Of a DNA stretch of 64,000 nucleotides, positions 1 through 11,300 are shown in pieces. The translations under genes were made by a program, and so were the position numbers. The notes below the pieces were generated by a model. The model was not told the origin of the DNA. It saw only the letters and a list, made by a program, of their open reading frames with translations, and made no database searches. The DNA lies in NCBI RefSeq assembly GCF_002113885.1, contig NW_018403984.1, forward strand, positions 1,903,409 through 1,967,408, in the 5' to 3' direction. Numbering within the stretch: the first letter of the stretch is position 1; each line of letters starts with the position of its first letter. Origin of the DNA: Mizuhopecten yessoensis. Its lineage: Eukaryota.

Positions 1-43
<43 letters not shown>

Positions 44-50
44 GTGTGTG
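1..50. repeat. (TG)n microsatellite
   Basis: Directly visible TG run with two TA interruptions; runs off the window start. Confidence 0.97.
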
Positions 51-147
51 TATCATATTGTATGTTGTCTCTGTATTGTTTTGTATATATGTTATGACTG
101 ATAAGTCAACCGACTTAAAGTAATAAAGAACTTGAACTTGAACTTGA
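51..147 (+). mobile_element. 3' tail of a non-LTR retrotransposon (LINE), heavily 5'-truncated
   Basis: T-rich UTR, CTGAT, hairpin TAAGTC-aacc-GACTTA (102-117), AATAAA (122-127), then a (GAACTT)3 tail. Same layout as the tail of the ORF2-bearing LINE at 47290-47336. Confidence 0.65.
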
Positions 148-755
148 CACATATGTTACAGACCTATTGATATGAGTCACAGCACATATAACCGTCAGAC
201 ATTTGTAACAAACCCCTGTGCTCCGTCGCAAGACCACTCACTTCAAACGATATCAGTTTCACGCGTCTCGCAGCCACGTTTTCCCCAGTTTCTGATCAGG
301 ACATGTCAAATAACGAGGCTGGTATAGAATATACCGACTGTAGTCAGATTCCCATACAATCAACAAATAAATTCACGTCTGGATTCTTCACAAAATGAGC
401 AAAGAGAAACTTTCGAATAAACTTCCAAAAATAACTCCCTTGTGGAGATCAAGGTCGGATTCACGGTGGAAAAATCGGAACAATTTAAAATCTAACTTTC
501 AGCTCAGATTTCTATTGATAAACTTAAATCACCCTATAGACATTTCATACGCAATTGTATTGAAACTGAATTGTGGAATAAAATTGAAGTGTTTGTTAAA
601 ATTTCAAAGTACTACTTTGTTTGCCAATCAGCACGCGACAATACGCTGTTCAAATCATTGAACGAAATTGTGTGGACTGTCGATAAGGCGGGCATTTTTA
701 ATTTTAAAAATAAATTATAAGTTAAAAAAGAACGCAAGAGGAAGAGAAAACGTAA

Positions 756-876
756 ATATAAGTATTGAACTGTTATTGTATGGTATTTATGATCTATTTG
801 AATGACACAGCTTTGCAAGCTATGTCAGTCAAATAGATCATAAATACCATACAAAAACAGTTCAATGCTTAAATAT
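756..876. repeat. About 120-bp near-perfect palindrome (foldback or collapsed MITE)
   Basis: AAGTATTGAACTGTTATTGTATGGTATTTATGATCTATTTGAATGACACAGCTT is mirrored by AAGCTATGTCAGTCAAATAGATCATAAATACCATACAAAAACAGTTCAATGCTT, with a few mismatches and a loop of about 3 nt. Confidence 0.9.
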
Positions 877-2399
877 GCAGGATAAATAGACGTTCTACAA
901 TGAGTATTTATTGTTTATCATGTTGTCATAACTCGAGTTGGTTCATATTCGAAGAAAAAATAAACAGGCTATAAACAGCGCTATCAAGTACCATGACAAC
1001 GTGAACCAAACGAGACTTTGTAGGGACCATGTGCCGCAGCAGTTCCCAAACTCTGAATCTTTAACGTATTGGAGTTTTATTGTTCTATTTGTAACATAAT
1101 CAATGTGTGATGGCATTGTCAACTTCCGGTTATATCCGCCAGTATGGTTCAATATCCGGTTTTATATCACATTCAGTCATATTTAACATCCGTTTACCGC
1201 CAAGAAGTGAAACAAAATTATCTATTGCAGATTTGCAGAGCTCCAAAAGGTTATGCCTGCCACAGACAAAATCTTGTTATTTTATCTCGCCCACAGTCTG
1301 CGATGTTTTGATATGAAATAGAGCGATATGCTTCCCTGACAAATGACGGCGTTACAGACACAGCTGGGAGACACACGCAGACACACCTGAATATTTTATC
1401 ACCATCGTCTGCCCGTTTGTTTTCAAGCCGTACTGGGAAACTACAAATCATCAAATATTGATATTCAGGTTACTAAAAACTCATCGCTGTCGTCTTAAAA
1501 TACGTGGTATTGCATGCTCCCGTTCCTCAGGGAGAGCCAGAGTGCGTACGTACTAAAATGATTATTCGTCCGTGTAATGCGATGGGTATGCATGAATTAT
1601 TGTTGAAATAATAACAAAAATATGTATATGTACATTGTACTTGAACTTGATGCACTTTGTATGCGGCAAGTTTATAACAATTCGAGGAGGGATTTAGTTA
1701 GCAGTTTTAAAGCTCTTTCCATAAAAGACTCCTTGATGCTTTTTTTTTTTTTTTACAAAATCTGTTGCCAACATATGTGAATAGGAAACCAGGAACTTGT
1801 ACAACGCAACGGTCTAAGTAATCAAACCCGTTCAGGGTATAAATAACTAGGGCGAAAGGGGATCTTTCTGAGAAGTGTTAGCAACTATTATTTTATGTAC
1901 ATTATTAATACGAAATCTAAGATGTCCTGATGGTTATTTGGTTAACCTGAATCGATCAAATCCGAAGCAAGGATCCATTCGTTGTTCCTGAACAAAAGCA
2001 CCAACAACAACAACTTACGGGGAGTGTATAATGGACGCAAGACCACGGAGGAAAAGCGATTTAAACACCACAACATCTGATGGTGTTGGGCTACAAACCA
2101 AATGTCTTCCTCAGCTACATTACTTTAAGATCGGCCCGCTAAATCCAATCGAGGTGTGGATGATTGCAATTATCAAAGCCCCGAGACCCTGAGGAAATCC
2201 TAAAGTCATATGGTCACGCATGAGTGATTTAATACCATTTCCATTCTCTACCTTACGGTAACAGCTCTTTGTCCGCCTGGAACAGGACAGCATACAATAA
2301 CAGAACTGTAGTACTATTGTAAACAAACTACATAAAACGATAAATAAATAAAGCGTCTATTTACAAAATTAGAAAGTCGATGTAAAAAAGCAAAACCAT

Positions 2400-2450
2400 T
2401 TTCCTGCACCTTACCGGAATTCCGTCCATTTAGGGCTCATCAGTCGCAAT
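2400..2450 (-). ncRNA. Decayed minimal type I hammerhead ribozyme motif (Penelope-like pLTR remnant)
   Basis: Minus strand reads CTGATGA-GCCC-taaat-GGAC-GGAA-ttccg-GTA-aggtg: intact CUGAUGA, stem II with one mismatch, GAAA changed to GGAA, short palindromic stem III (CCGG) and a GUA triplet. Confidence 0.5.
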
Positions 2451-3699
2451 AAAAACCTTATCTAAAGCGTTCCGAAACATAGAAATAGAGTGTAAAGAGA
2501 ACGGTGCTTATAATACTCTTTATAGCATAATCACACACAGTTTTGGATATTTTTTTAATTCACGTATTTCATGTCAACTGTGCCAGAATAATTACCAGTT
2601 ACAAGGTAACGGCATTCTCATGGATACAGGGATCTGAGAAAATGCCACCTCCAATGAACACATATATCATCATTGGGGTGACAGTTTTTACCGAACGTTG
2701 ATTTAAACCCTTAAAACATGTAAAATGACTCTGAACACCTTACTTTAGGTCCGAATATAACTAACAAATGCTTTAATCCCTGTGCTAGGGGAAGGAAAAA
2801 TCACTATCTGGGTCATCTTCTTGGTTGCGTAAAATAATATGCGAAAATCTGAAGAAGGAATCACATTTTCAAACAGAAAACAATGTTGACGTTTATTTTG
2901 TTACGCTGTGATATGAGCAGTAACGAGTTAGATAATATAATTGCCAAATTGAAAAAACCCCACTTGTTTACCGATTATTAAAAGTGTTTGTCACAAAGCT
3001 CTTTCTGTAGAAAACAAATTAAAAATTATATTTTTACCTAGTGAACATTCCGTCGTCCCGTTTCTATGGGTGCATGGTTGAAATGCAAATTTTGAAACAT
3101 ATTTTCTTTCTCCTATACTCGGTGATAGGGAACAATCTCCACGTTTTAAAGAGTGCTATATAACTGTCACAGCAGAGCTTTATCAAACAGTCACTTATGA
3201 CAAGATTTAGATTTGGACTTATCATTTTAAAATTGTGTCATTAACAGTGCAGTTGATCGGTTCTTGACTGTTCTAGTTTTTGCATATTCACATGTCACAG
3301 ATTTTAATGCAGTGTTACAACATGACAAATTTCATTGAATTGCTCAGTTGGAACTTAACAGAAAAATGGAAATTTTGTTGGAAATGATGAAAAAAATATT
3401 CAAATTAATGTTACAAGCCTTCCGGGGTGATGTCAAAATCTGTCGGTCGTTGCTTTTTTGAAAACATTAAAAATCTTTTGTTTCGAGTTTAATAGCATTT
3501 TGGCATGTGTTTTCCCCCATATTTCTTTGTCAACTGAGCATGTATGTGTTGACGGGGAACATGGTCACGTGACTACATCTCTCATCTTTCCCTAGAGGTG
3601 CCAAAAACACACGAACGACAGCAGAGAGAACAGCCAAAGTAAATACGATTATTGCTCGGCAGATATGGAAACATACCAAGCACTCCTGTTTATTGATTT

Positions 3700-3790
3700 A
3701 CATTAGACGATAGAATTTTATTTTAAAAAAGAATTAAGATCTTAGTATCTCATCAGAAAACGTCATAATTTAATAACAAAAATCTAGACA
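3700..3790 (-). mobile_element. LINE-type 3' tail remnant
   Basis: Minus strand: T-rich lead-in, CTGAT, hairpin TGAGAT-actaag-ATCTTA, AATAAA, then a TTCTA-like tail. Confidence 0.4.
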
Positions 3791-4380
3791 GTTCAGTTGT
3801 TCGGCACGCGGCTTCGTTGTACCACTGAACGACGCTACAAACAGGGGAGATAACTGATGTCAGGTTTTTAATGGATGTGTGCTATTTTTGCAAGTCTTCC
3901 GACGAAATGTTCGCTAGAATTTCAGTTGCCAAGGTAACTAAAAATATACAAATGTCTCTTGTGTAAATAGCGTCTGAATAAATTTTTCGCGAGATATTTG
4001 GTTTAATCTAAAAAAGTAAAACGACAGTTAAATGACCATCGGTTAATTGTGTCATATACAAACATTAGCGAGACATTCAAATTCTTGATCGTCTTTCCTC
4101 ACGAAAAATGTCTCACGAAACATAAGACACGAATTACAAATTTAAACACAAATACCTATATTGTTACCTTCATTTCGTTTGTAACTTTGGTTCCATCCCG
4201 ACCACATCTCTAACTCGGGGCTCCATTTTAATATTGAACGTCATTTGTTTAGAAACTAAGGGTCCCCGTGGATCATGTTACGTTCGGTAAATGTTTGAAC
4301 CGTCAATCATAAACGGCTCTAGGAAAAGCTGGACACCAAAAGGGAAATAGTAACAATATGTGGTATCATGATTTCTAGAG

Positions 4381-5057
4381 GGCATATTTCTGCCATCCAC
4401 TTGCGACTTACGAGTTACGTATGTCGACATAATTATTGAAAGATGTCGACATAATCTGAGAAGATGTCGACATAACTTTTAAATTATGTCGACATATTAT
4501 CACATTTGCCGAGATAATTATCTCGTAAGTGGAAACTAGTCTTTTTATCGTGTTAATGCTCGCGTGTAACATCGACTTGCCACTTACGACTTATTTATGT
4601 AAAATCCCTCTTCGATTGATAAGCATCATAGTAACCTACTGTAATATCCATATCTTTGATTTCCCATATTTACATTGATTTTACCTAGTTACTCACCAGT
4701 ATAGTCACCACTGTCCAGTCAGCATCAGCCCACCTTCGCGGTCCTCGTGCACAAGCCTCGTTTTGGTAAGTCGGCAATAATCTACTAGGATGTCGACATA
4801 AATAAGTCGTAAGTGGCAAGTCGATGTCACACCCGAGCATTAACACGATAAAAAGCCGAGTTATCCACTTACGAGATAATTATCTCGGCAAAATTATTTC
4901 GGCAAATGTGATAATATGTCGACATAATTTAAAAGTTATGTCGACATCTTCTCAGATTATGTCCACATATTCTCAGATTATGTCGACATTTTTCAATAAT
5001 TATGTCGACATACGTAACTCGTAAGTCGCAAGTGGATGGCAGAAATATGCCACCATA
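4381..5057. mobile_element. MITE with long TIRs, IS3EU-like
   Basis: Left arm 4381-4600 is the reverse complement of right arm 4796-5051. Both carry repeated ATGTCGACAT palindromes. The right end is ...GCCACCATA (RTA terminus). A 6-bp direct repeat CTAGAG flanks it (4375-4380, 5058-5063). The left end lacks the terminal TATGGT. TAY..RTA ends with a 6-bp TSD fit IS3EU. Confidence 0.85.
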
Positions 5058-5906
5058 CTAGAGAGTGAATTATGTCTCGCGGTAGCGGAACACAACCTTT
5101 CACCAATTTCGTTGTCTCTGTAACTGTCTTTACTGAGTAAAGAGTCAGTGTCGTTCAAAACCAACATGATTTACAACAGAGTATAAAGTCATGTATACGG
5201 TGTACACCTATCATATACACTGTATTAACCGAAAGTCCACGCCATCTACACAGGAATCAGAATATATTGTGTTCTATCAATAACGTTAAGGATGTAATAC
5301 GACCCGATGGGTTCCCCAGGTATAACATAAATCTCGGTACATTATCAATAGCATTACGAATGTAATGAGAACCGATGTGTTCCGTATACAAAAGGAACAA
5401 TTCTGTCGCTACAGCGGACGCCCACACCGACAGAGGGAGGTCTCGTTATTTATGATGATATCTCAGTTGGTAGTCTTATTCATAAAACATCATAAACATG
5501 ATATCTTTTGCAGGGTGTCATAACAGACCCTCCCCGAGGAGAGTAGGGACAAGTACATACCAATTTGTGCACGTCGGTGTCAGTAGATACGCCGGCTATT
5601 AAACCATGGCCGTGTTTATACGTACATAATTCAACACACTGCAGACATTTATACGAATTAGACGTTTTTTACCTGCAAATTTGATTTTTTATTTTCAAAC
5701 ACCAATATACTGTAGTGTACAAGATTTTTTTTAAATCGATATAATGCCACGTTTTCCCCAGCGTTAAGGAGACAAAACAGGAATTGTTATTGGTGATATG
5801 TGACAAAGTTGTCGATATAGGAGAGGTGGCAAGCGAAGGAGAGTCATTATATCGAACTTTTACTGTAAATGATAACATGAAGAGCCCAATAACAGACAGT
5901 TTTAAC

Positions 5907-5933
5907 CACGGACTTAGATAACCTAATTCCGTG
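5907..5933. mobile_element. 27-bp hAT-like micro-insertion
   Basis: CACGGACTTAGA...CCTAATTCCGTG (10/12 inverted match), flanked by an exact 8-bp duplication GTTTTAAC (5899-5906, 5934-5941). Confidence 0.6.
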
Positions 5934-6379
5934 GTTTTAACATGTGCTATTTCACCAACAAGTAAAACGCGATGCTCAGGATTAATGTCTAGATGTATTT
6001 ATTTTACTGAGTTATACATACTAAAAATAATATACAAGTGTACTTTTATCTCTATGTGCTAACACCAACGGTACGTTTTGTGGAGTATAGAACATACCGC
6101 GTTACAGGACAATGAACCATCGTCTCGGCGATACGAACGTTCGTGAGAAAATCAATGATGGTCGTATCTTTCACACTTAATTACAGCATAATCGTTTTTG
6201 TTGGTGAAATCCTAATTCGTCTTGAGCTCTTTACACCACCAAACAAACTCGCAGACAGTGCAATTATTACGAGAACGATAAATAATATAATTTAATTACT
6301 AAAACACTCATAAATCGTCCATTTATTGAAACAGGTGTTTTTTCTTGAGTTATTGAATATCCATGATGCGGTCATAAGT

Positions 6380-7130
6380 CTTTCACGCCAAATTTAATCC
6401 TGGCGTTAATTAAGACTGGACCTGCAGGCGAATGGACTGCGCTTCACCTGGCTTCGAGAGGGTATCATCGACAATGATTCATTTGGAAAGCACATCGCCC
6501 GGGGAAAGCTGGCGCCAGGCACATGCGCGCTTTCATCATGAACATCCACGTGAATTATGATCGTGTTTAGCACGTGCCAATAACGTGTAGCGTAAATACA
6601 CATTGAAACATTATTCAATTTACCCGCAACCAATTTTGCACAGCAGGAGCGAGGCTTCAACGACAACAGCTCATAAATAACGTCCAAGTAATGGTAGGCA
6701 CATAATCCGAATTAATAAATCTTCCGGGCTTTATTTTTCATCCCGGTATAATAAAATGTCTACCTAAACTCAAACTATAAACGTTAACCCTAGGCGGTCA
6801 TAGACACGACTATTCATATCAAAATCTCTTACAGAAGGGGCCATAATGCCTCGATCCATACCTGGCCATTATTGCTGGCGCCAATTGTCCACTGCCCCAT
6901 TGTTTTCTCAGCAGATGGCCGATTCGCCGGAGTGTCCGACTCGGGCTCCGAAGATGTGAAGTTATAGGCACAAGTGGTGTTAGTGGAGACAGCCGTGGTA
7001 TAAGACGGGAGCCGAGAACAGTACTAATTATCCCCCGTGAAACCATCCCGCTCCTGCTGGGTTACGAACAAGGCGCCACGACTAAAATGGCCGCCTCAGT
7101 TCTTCTTTGTTCTAAATGAATCCTGGAGCC
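6380..7130. promoter_or_regulatory. Candidate developmental enhancer island
   Basis: Non-repetitive and GC-enriched. TAATCC (6395, 6703), TTAATTAA (6406), Sox-like CATTGT (6898), E-box CAGATG (6912), CTAATTA (7025), YY1-like AAAATGGCCGCC (7084). Motif evidence only. Confidence 0.3.
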
Positions 7131-7749
7131 TCATCAACTTATTTGAATGGCTCTGTATCTTTATTTTAATAAAGTTGATATCTCGATGTTCTTAGTATGC
7201 CAATGCGACCAGCTGTGTGAGTATATAGCTGTTCACTACTCGAGATGTAGAGAAACCTGATGTGTTCTCATAGCCTCAGACGACAGTAACAGGGGTGATG
7301 TGTTGCGTCAAGTTGACCAGACATTTGCATACGTCAAAAAGAATCGCTTCACAACAATGTTGCGATCTATATTTGTAAATTCTATAACAACCGTATCTTG
7401 TTTCGGTGGCTTTAATTTGGTATAATCAAAACATTCAGCTGACCACCGATGCCGATCAGTTACTAACGCCCAGTGGTGAGTGGGATAAATTGGCACGGTC
7501 AGTAATGGGCAGTCTGTCAGCACAAAATTATCTCGTCAACATATCATCGCTCTGCCGTAGTTTGCCTACTGACCGTTGATATACGGCGTGTATTGACCGG
7601 AAAGTCGTTCCGAGATTATCAGATCCAGAGTAGAGGCAGTGTGTCATCACTGTTTCATCGGTGCAATGTTTATGTCAGTCAGGGTCAGCGCGGTGCTTAC
7701 AGTCTAAGACCAACTCTAACACGTCGGTCTCATCATAATTGCAACTACT

Positions 7750-7930
7750 AGTACGGGTTCCACATGTGACACAAGACAAGCTTGTTCTTCTCCCTTCCGG
7801 TGCACGTGGTTCGGATTCCGATTTTTGTTGGGGGATGTTTTTGTGTATCCAAAGTTTCAGTTTTCGTTGTTTTGTTTTCTTTCTTTCTTTGAATCGACTA
7901 TTGAGTCCCGACTTTGTCCTTGTATAAGGC
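7750..7930 (+). mobile_element. Decayed 3' end of an abundant mollusc retroelement (Penelope-like/Naiad-type)
   Basis: CGGGTTCCACATGTG...CCCTTCCGGTGCACGTG...TTTTTGTTGGGG followed by a T-rich tract. Resembles the recalled bivalve repeat motif CTTACCCTTCCGGAGCACCTG..GGGTTCGTGTTGCTC. Confidence 0.5.
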
Positions 7931-8189
7931 ATATTTTCAATTCACGTTATTTAACAGTAAAAGGTTTTTGTTTATAAGCCGTCATTTGCATTGTTGATAA
8001 AAGTGTATTAATCTCGAAAACTCTAGGTTAAAGAAACACCGCTACTGACCCTTACTATACCACCTCCACTACTACTGCCGCTGTTGTTACTAACACTGCC
8101 GTAAGGTTGAGTTTACGTATCGCAACTGGATGAATCAAAGACTTTCAGTTATCCCTGAAAGTTATAAAATTATGATAAAGCATCACTGG

Positions 8190-8340
8190 CCTTAATTAGC
8201 ATTTTCACAAAGGTCCAGTATGGACTTTGTTTACTCGCCGAGACAAATTCAGCAGTTAATCCCTGAGAACGCCTGGCCCCTAGCTCACTGCTAATTATCA
8301 GTGCCACTAATCTGATATTGCATTTCATGCTCCCAGTGGG
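8190..8340. promoter_or_regulatory. Dense TF-motif cluster (homeodomain, HNF4-like, Fox)
   Basis: TTAATTAG 8192, inverted pair ACAAAGGTCCA-gta-TGGACTTTGT 8207-8230, TGTTTAC 8228, TAATCC 8257, CTAATTA 8291, TAATCT 8308. Confidence 0.3.
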
Positions 8341-11300
8341 TGTGCACCGGGCTAAGGAAACCAGACTGGAACATTGTACTAATAGAGATGGACAAGTATT
8401 CCTTAGTTGTATTCATAGCCCAGTCTCCTCTGTACACGCCATATTAACCAAATTATGGTCTCTCAAATAACAAACATTCCCCAGTGATTCTTAAATGCTG
8501 ACCCAAACTTAGATTGCTTAATTCAATTTTAACCGATGTCAGTATTATCATGTTTTCCCACAGAACCATCTTCATGTTTGGCATGTTCCTATTAGAACGA
8601 CACGTGTGACAGATGAAGTCCTGAGAATATAACATACTCAACTAATACCAACAGCAAGACTTAATGCCTACCACTGTGAGAATAGTACATCCTCAGTCAG
8701 AAATCTTCCCATTCCCACCAACCGCGCTACCTCTGATCAGTTCCAGAAACACGGTGCTGTTGGTACCGGAGACTTTTAGTCTCTTCCACCCATCCACCAT
8801 TGGAAGATTTCATCAAGGTCGTGTTGTTTATACTAAAAACTGATTGTTTTAAGAACATGAAGAGCTGAACTCAGTCCCAACCAGACTGTGATATAGCACT
8901 TCCTGTTTATTGCCTACAGTTTCACGAGGACTTTTTCCCTTGAGGAACCCGTACCGCTGCTAAACACTGTAACTAGTATTGGAAACTGTTATGTTTCGGC
9001 ATGTTTGTAGCTCTGATTAATCACGTATGAATAGAAAACAATACCTTGCGAGACTTGTATGAAAATCAATAAAGATGAAATAAACAAAATGTAAACAATA
9101 TTAGTATTCTTGTGAAAAAAACGACGTGGGGCCACACCCGGATTCGTTCCCTGAACTTTGGGCTGGTCTACCAGGTGGACGGACGTGTCCTGACTCATCT
9201 GTTAAGTTAAGGGGGGTTATTGCGTATAGGAAAATCAAAAATCACAGTGCAAGACAAAATACAAACTTGAGCTACGGAACGTTCACCTAGGTTCGCTGTC
9301 ATATAAAGAAAAGGGACATTAAATGAGAAAAATTAGCTCTGTATCCAAGTACCAATTTATTATTGTGTAAAACCTTCAACCAAATCCTCATAGAAAAGTG
9401 TCTAAAAATGTAACTCAATGCCTACCAAGTTGATGAGTTATTTACACATTGAAGTTACACTGGCATGAAGCTAATAGTTGTTGAAGGTACTGGATATTTT
9501 TTCATCAAATCACTCACCTCAAGTCCGTATTTGATTTAAACATCATTTGAAAAACATCAGAATTGCTATGGCACTTCTTGAAATCAGCCAATATGGCGTC
9601 AACTCTTGTAAGGCCACAAAGTGACGTCACATTGTTCAGCATTAAAAAATGGCGCCAAAATTTTGGGGGATACTTGAGACTTGGAAAGATTCTATTGCAA
9701 CTGCTTTGAACGAACATCGGTACAACCTGAGCATTTTGAGATTTACATATTCTTTTACAAAAAAAAGATAACTAGAAATCGGACAAATAGCTACAGACGT
9801 GTCGCAGGTTAATGTAATTTTGTCGTGCACTACACTGACCGTGGGAAGGTGTAGTGAAAAAATAGAAAAATAGAATTCCCCGTTACAACACTGAGGTCGT
9901 TGGTCGAAACGTTTTTATTTTTATTTTTATAGGATGTGAAACTGAACTTTTCAATCAGGAATATTGATATATCAATCAAAATATATTATAGAAAAACAAG
10001 TGACCATCCAAACCCAAATACTAGACAGCAACAACAATAGAACAAACGTAAATATACTTTCAGATGACTCAGCAAATATCCATATTTGGCCTTCAATGTG
10101 GTTCCTTTAAATTTTCAATATATTTAGTCAACATAGTTACCTATGTGCACAATAAACCTCCTTGTATAGCACCAGATGGCGAGAATTGAGTAGCAAAACA
10201 AGACAGATACGTGACACTTATAAACTATGTTTTAAAATCAATTTATTACTGTGTGTGGAGTATACGCTATTGTTATTTTTATACCAAGTGCATATTAATG
10301 CGCATTCATTCTGGTGTTTAAAATGCGAGTTGATGTAACACATGTTGTGCACAGCGAACATTTCTGGCTGGTGGGTTCTGTTCGTGCCGACACCTGAAAA
10401 TGAATAGTCAAATTCGGGGGTTAAAATGTCAAACAAAATATTACTATAGCTTACTTTATTTTTTATCTAAAGCTTTAATTCTATTTAAGCGTTTATTGTG
10501 TTTGGTCGTTGTTTTGATTGTCCGGAGAGGCTGCTTCCAACAATTATGATGAACTCGGACTTCGGCATTACTTTAGAAGCATTTGACCCCAGTCTTGTCT
10601 GATTAAAGTTTTCAAGTACACGGCTCAAACTATTTAAATTGGATCATGAGGCGGTAATCTGGTGCACTTTGATTGGGAGGGGTGGGGAGATACATGGTTC
10701 GTAGGGAGGGGTAGGGATGTACAAGGTTCAAGGGAGTGCTAGCACTTACCGCTAATACAACCTAATTCACTCAAAGCTGCGCGTGCAGATCACGACGTGG
10801 TTATGTAATGTTTTGAACAGATGAAATTGGTAAAGTGGGTAATTGACGGAGCAAGAAGTATCTCCGTTAGATGAGATTGTAGGATTTAAACGTCACGGAC
10901 ATTAAATATATATGGAATGCGCATGCGCTTCCCATACGGTTGATTATAATATTTTAATATTTGTTTCATCATTTTTAACAAGTGGTTTAAAATTATATTT
11001 ATATATATACAAACAAACAACACATATAAGGAGTTACCAACAGACATCCCATAGGGCAGCCAGACGGTACTAGTACACCATATATCTGAATTCTCTATAT
11101 AATCACAAGCCGATATTAACGAGGATCATTTTCAGATATAGTTTTCATGTCAAAGTCCCTTTTATTGCCGATTTGTCGAATGAAGATATTGCTATGTACG
11201 GAGATCCAGTCTCGCTATAACGAGATATTAAGACGATATAAGGAGATACTATCTCGTTATAACGAGGTAAACAAATATTTGGATGTTCTCAATAAGCCAT

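Noticed and set aside
9885-9915. Hammerhead-like CTGAGGTCGTTGGTCGAAACG
   Set aside because: Lacks the NGA of CUGANGA and has no credible stem I/III; at most a highly decayed remnant.
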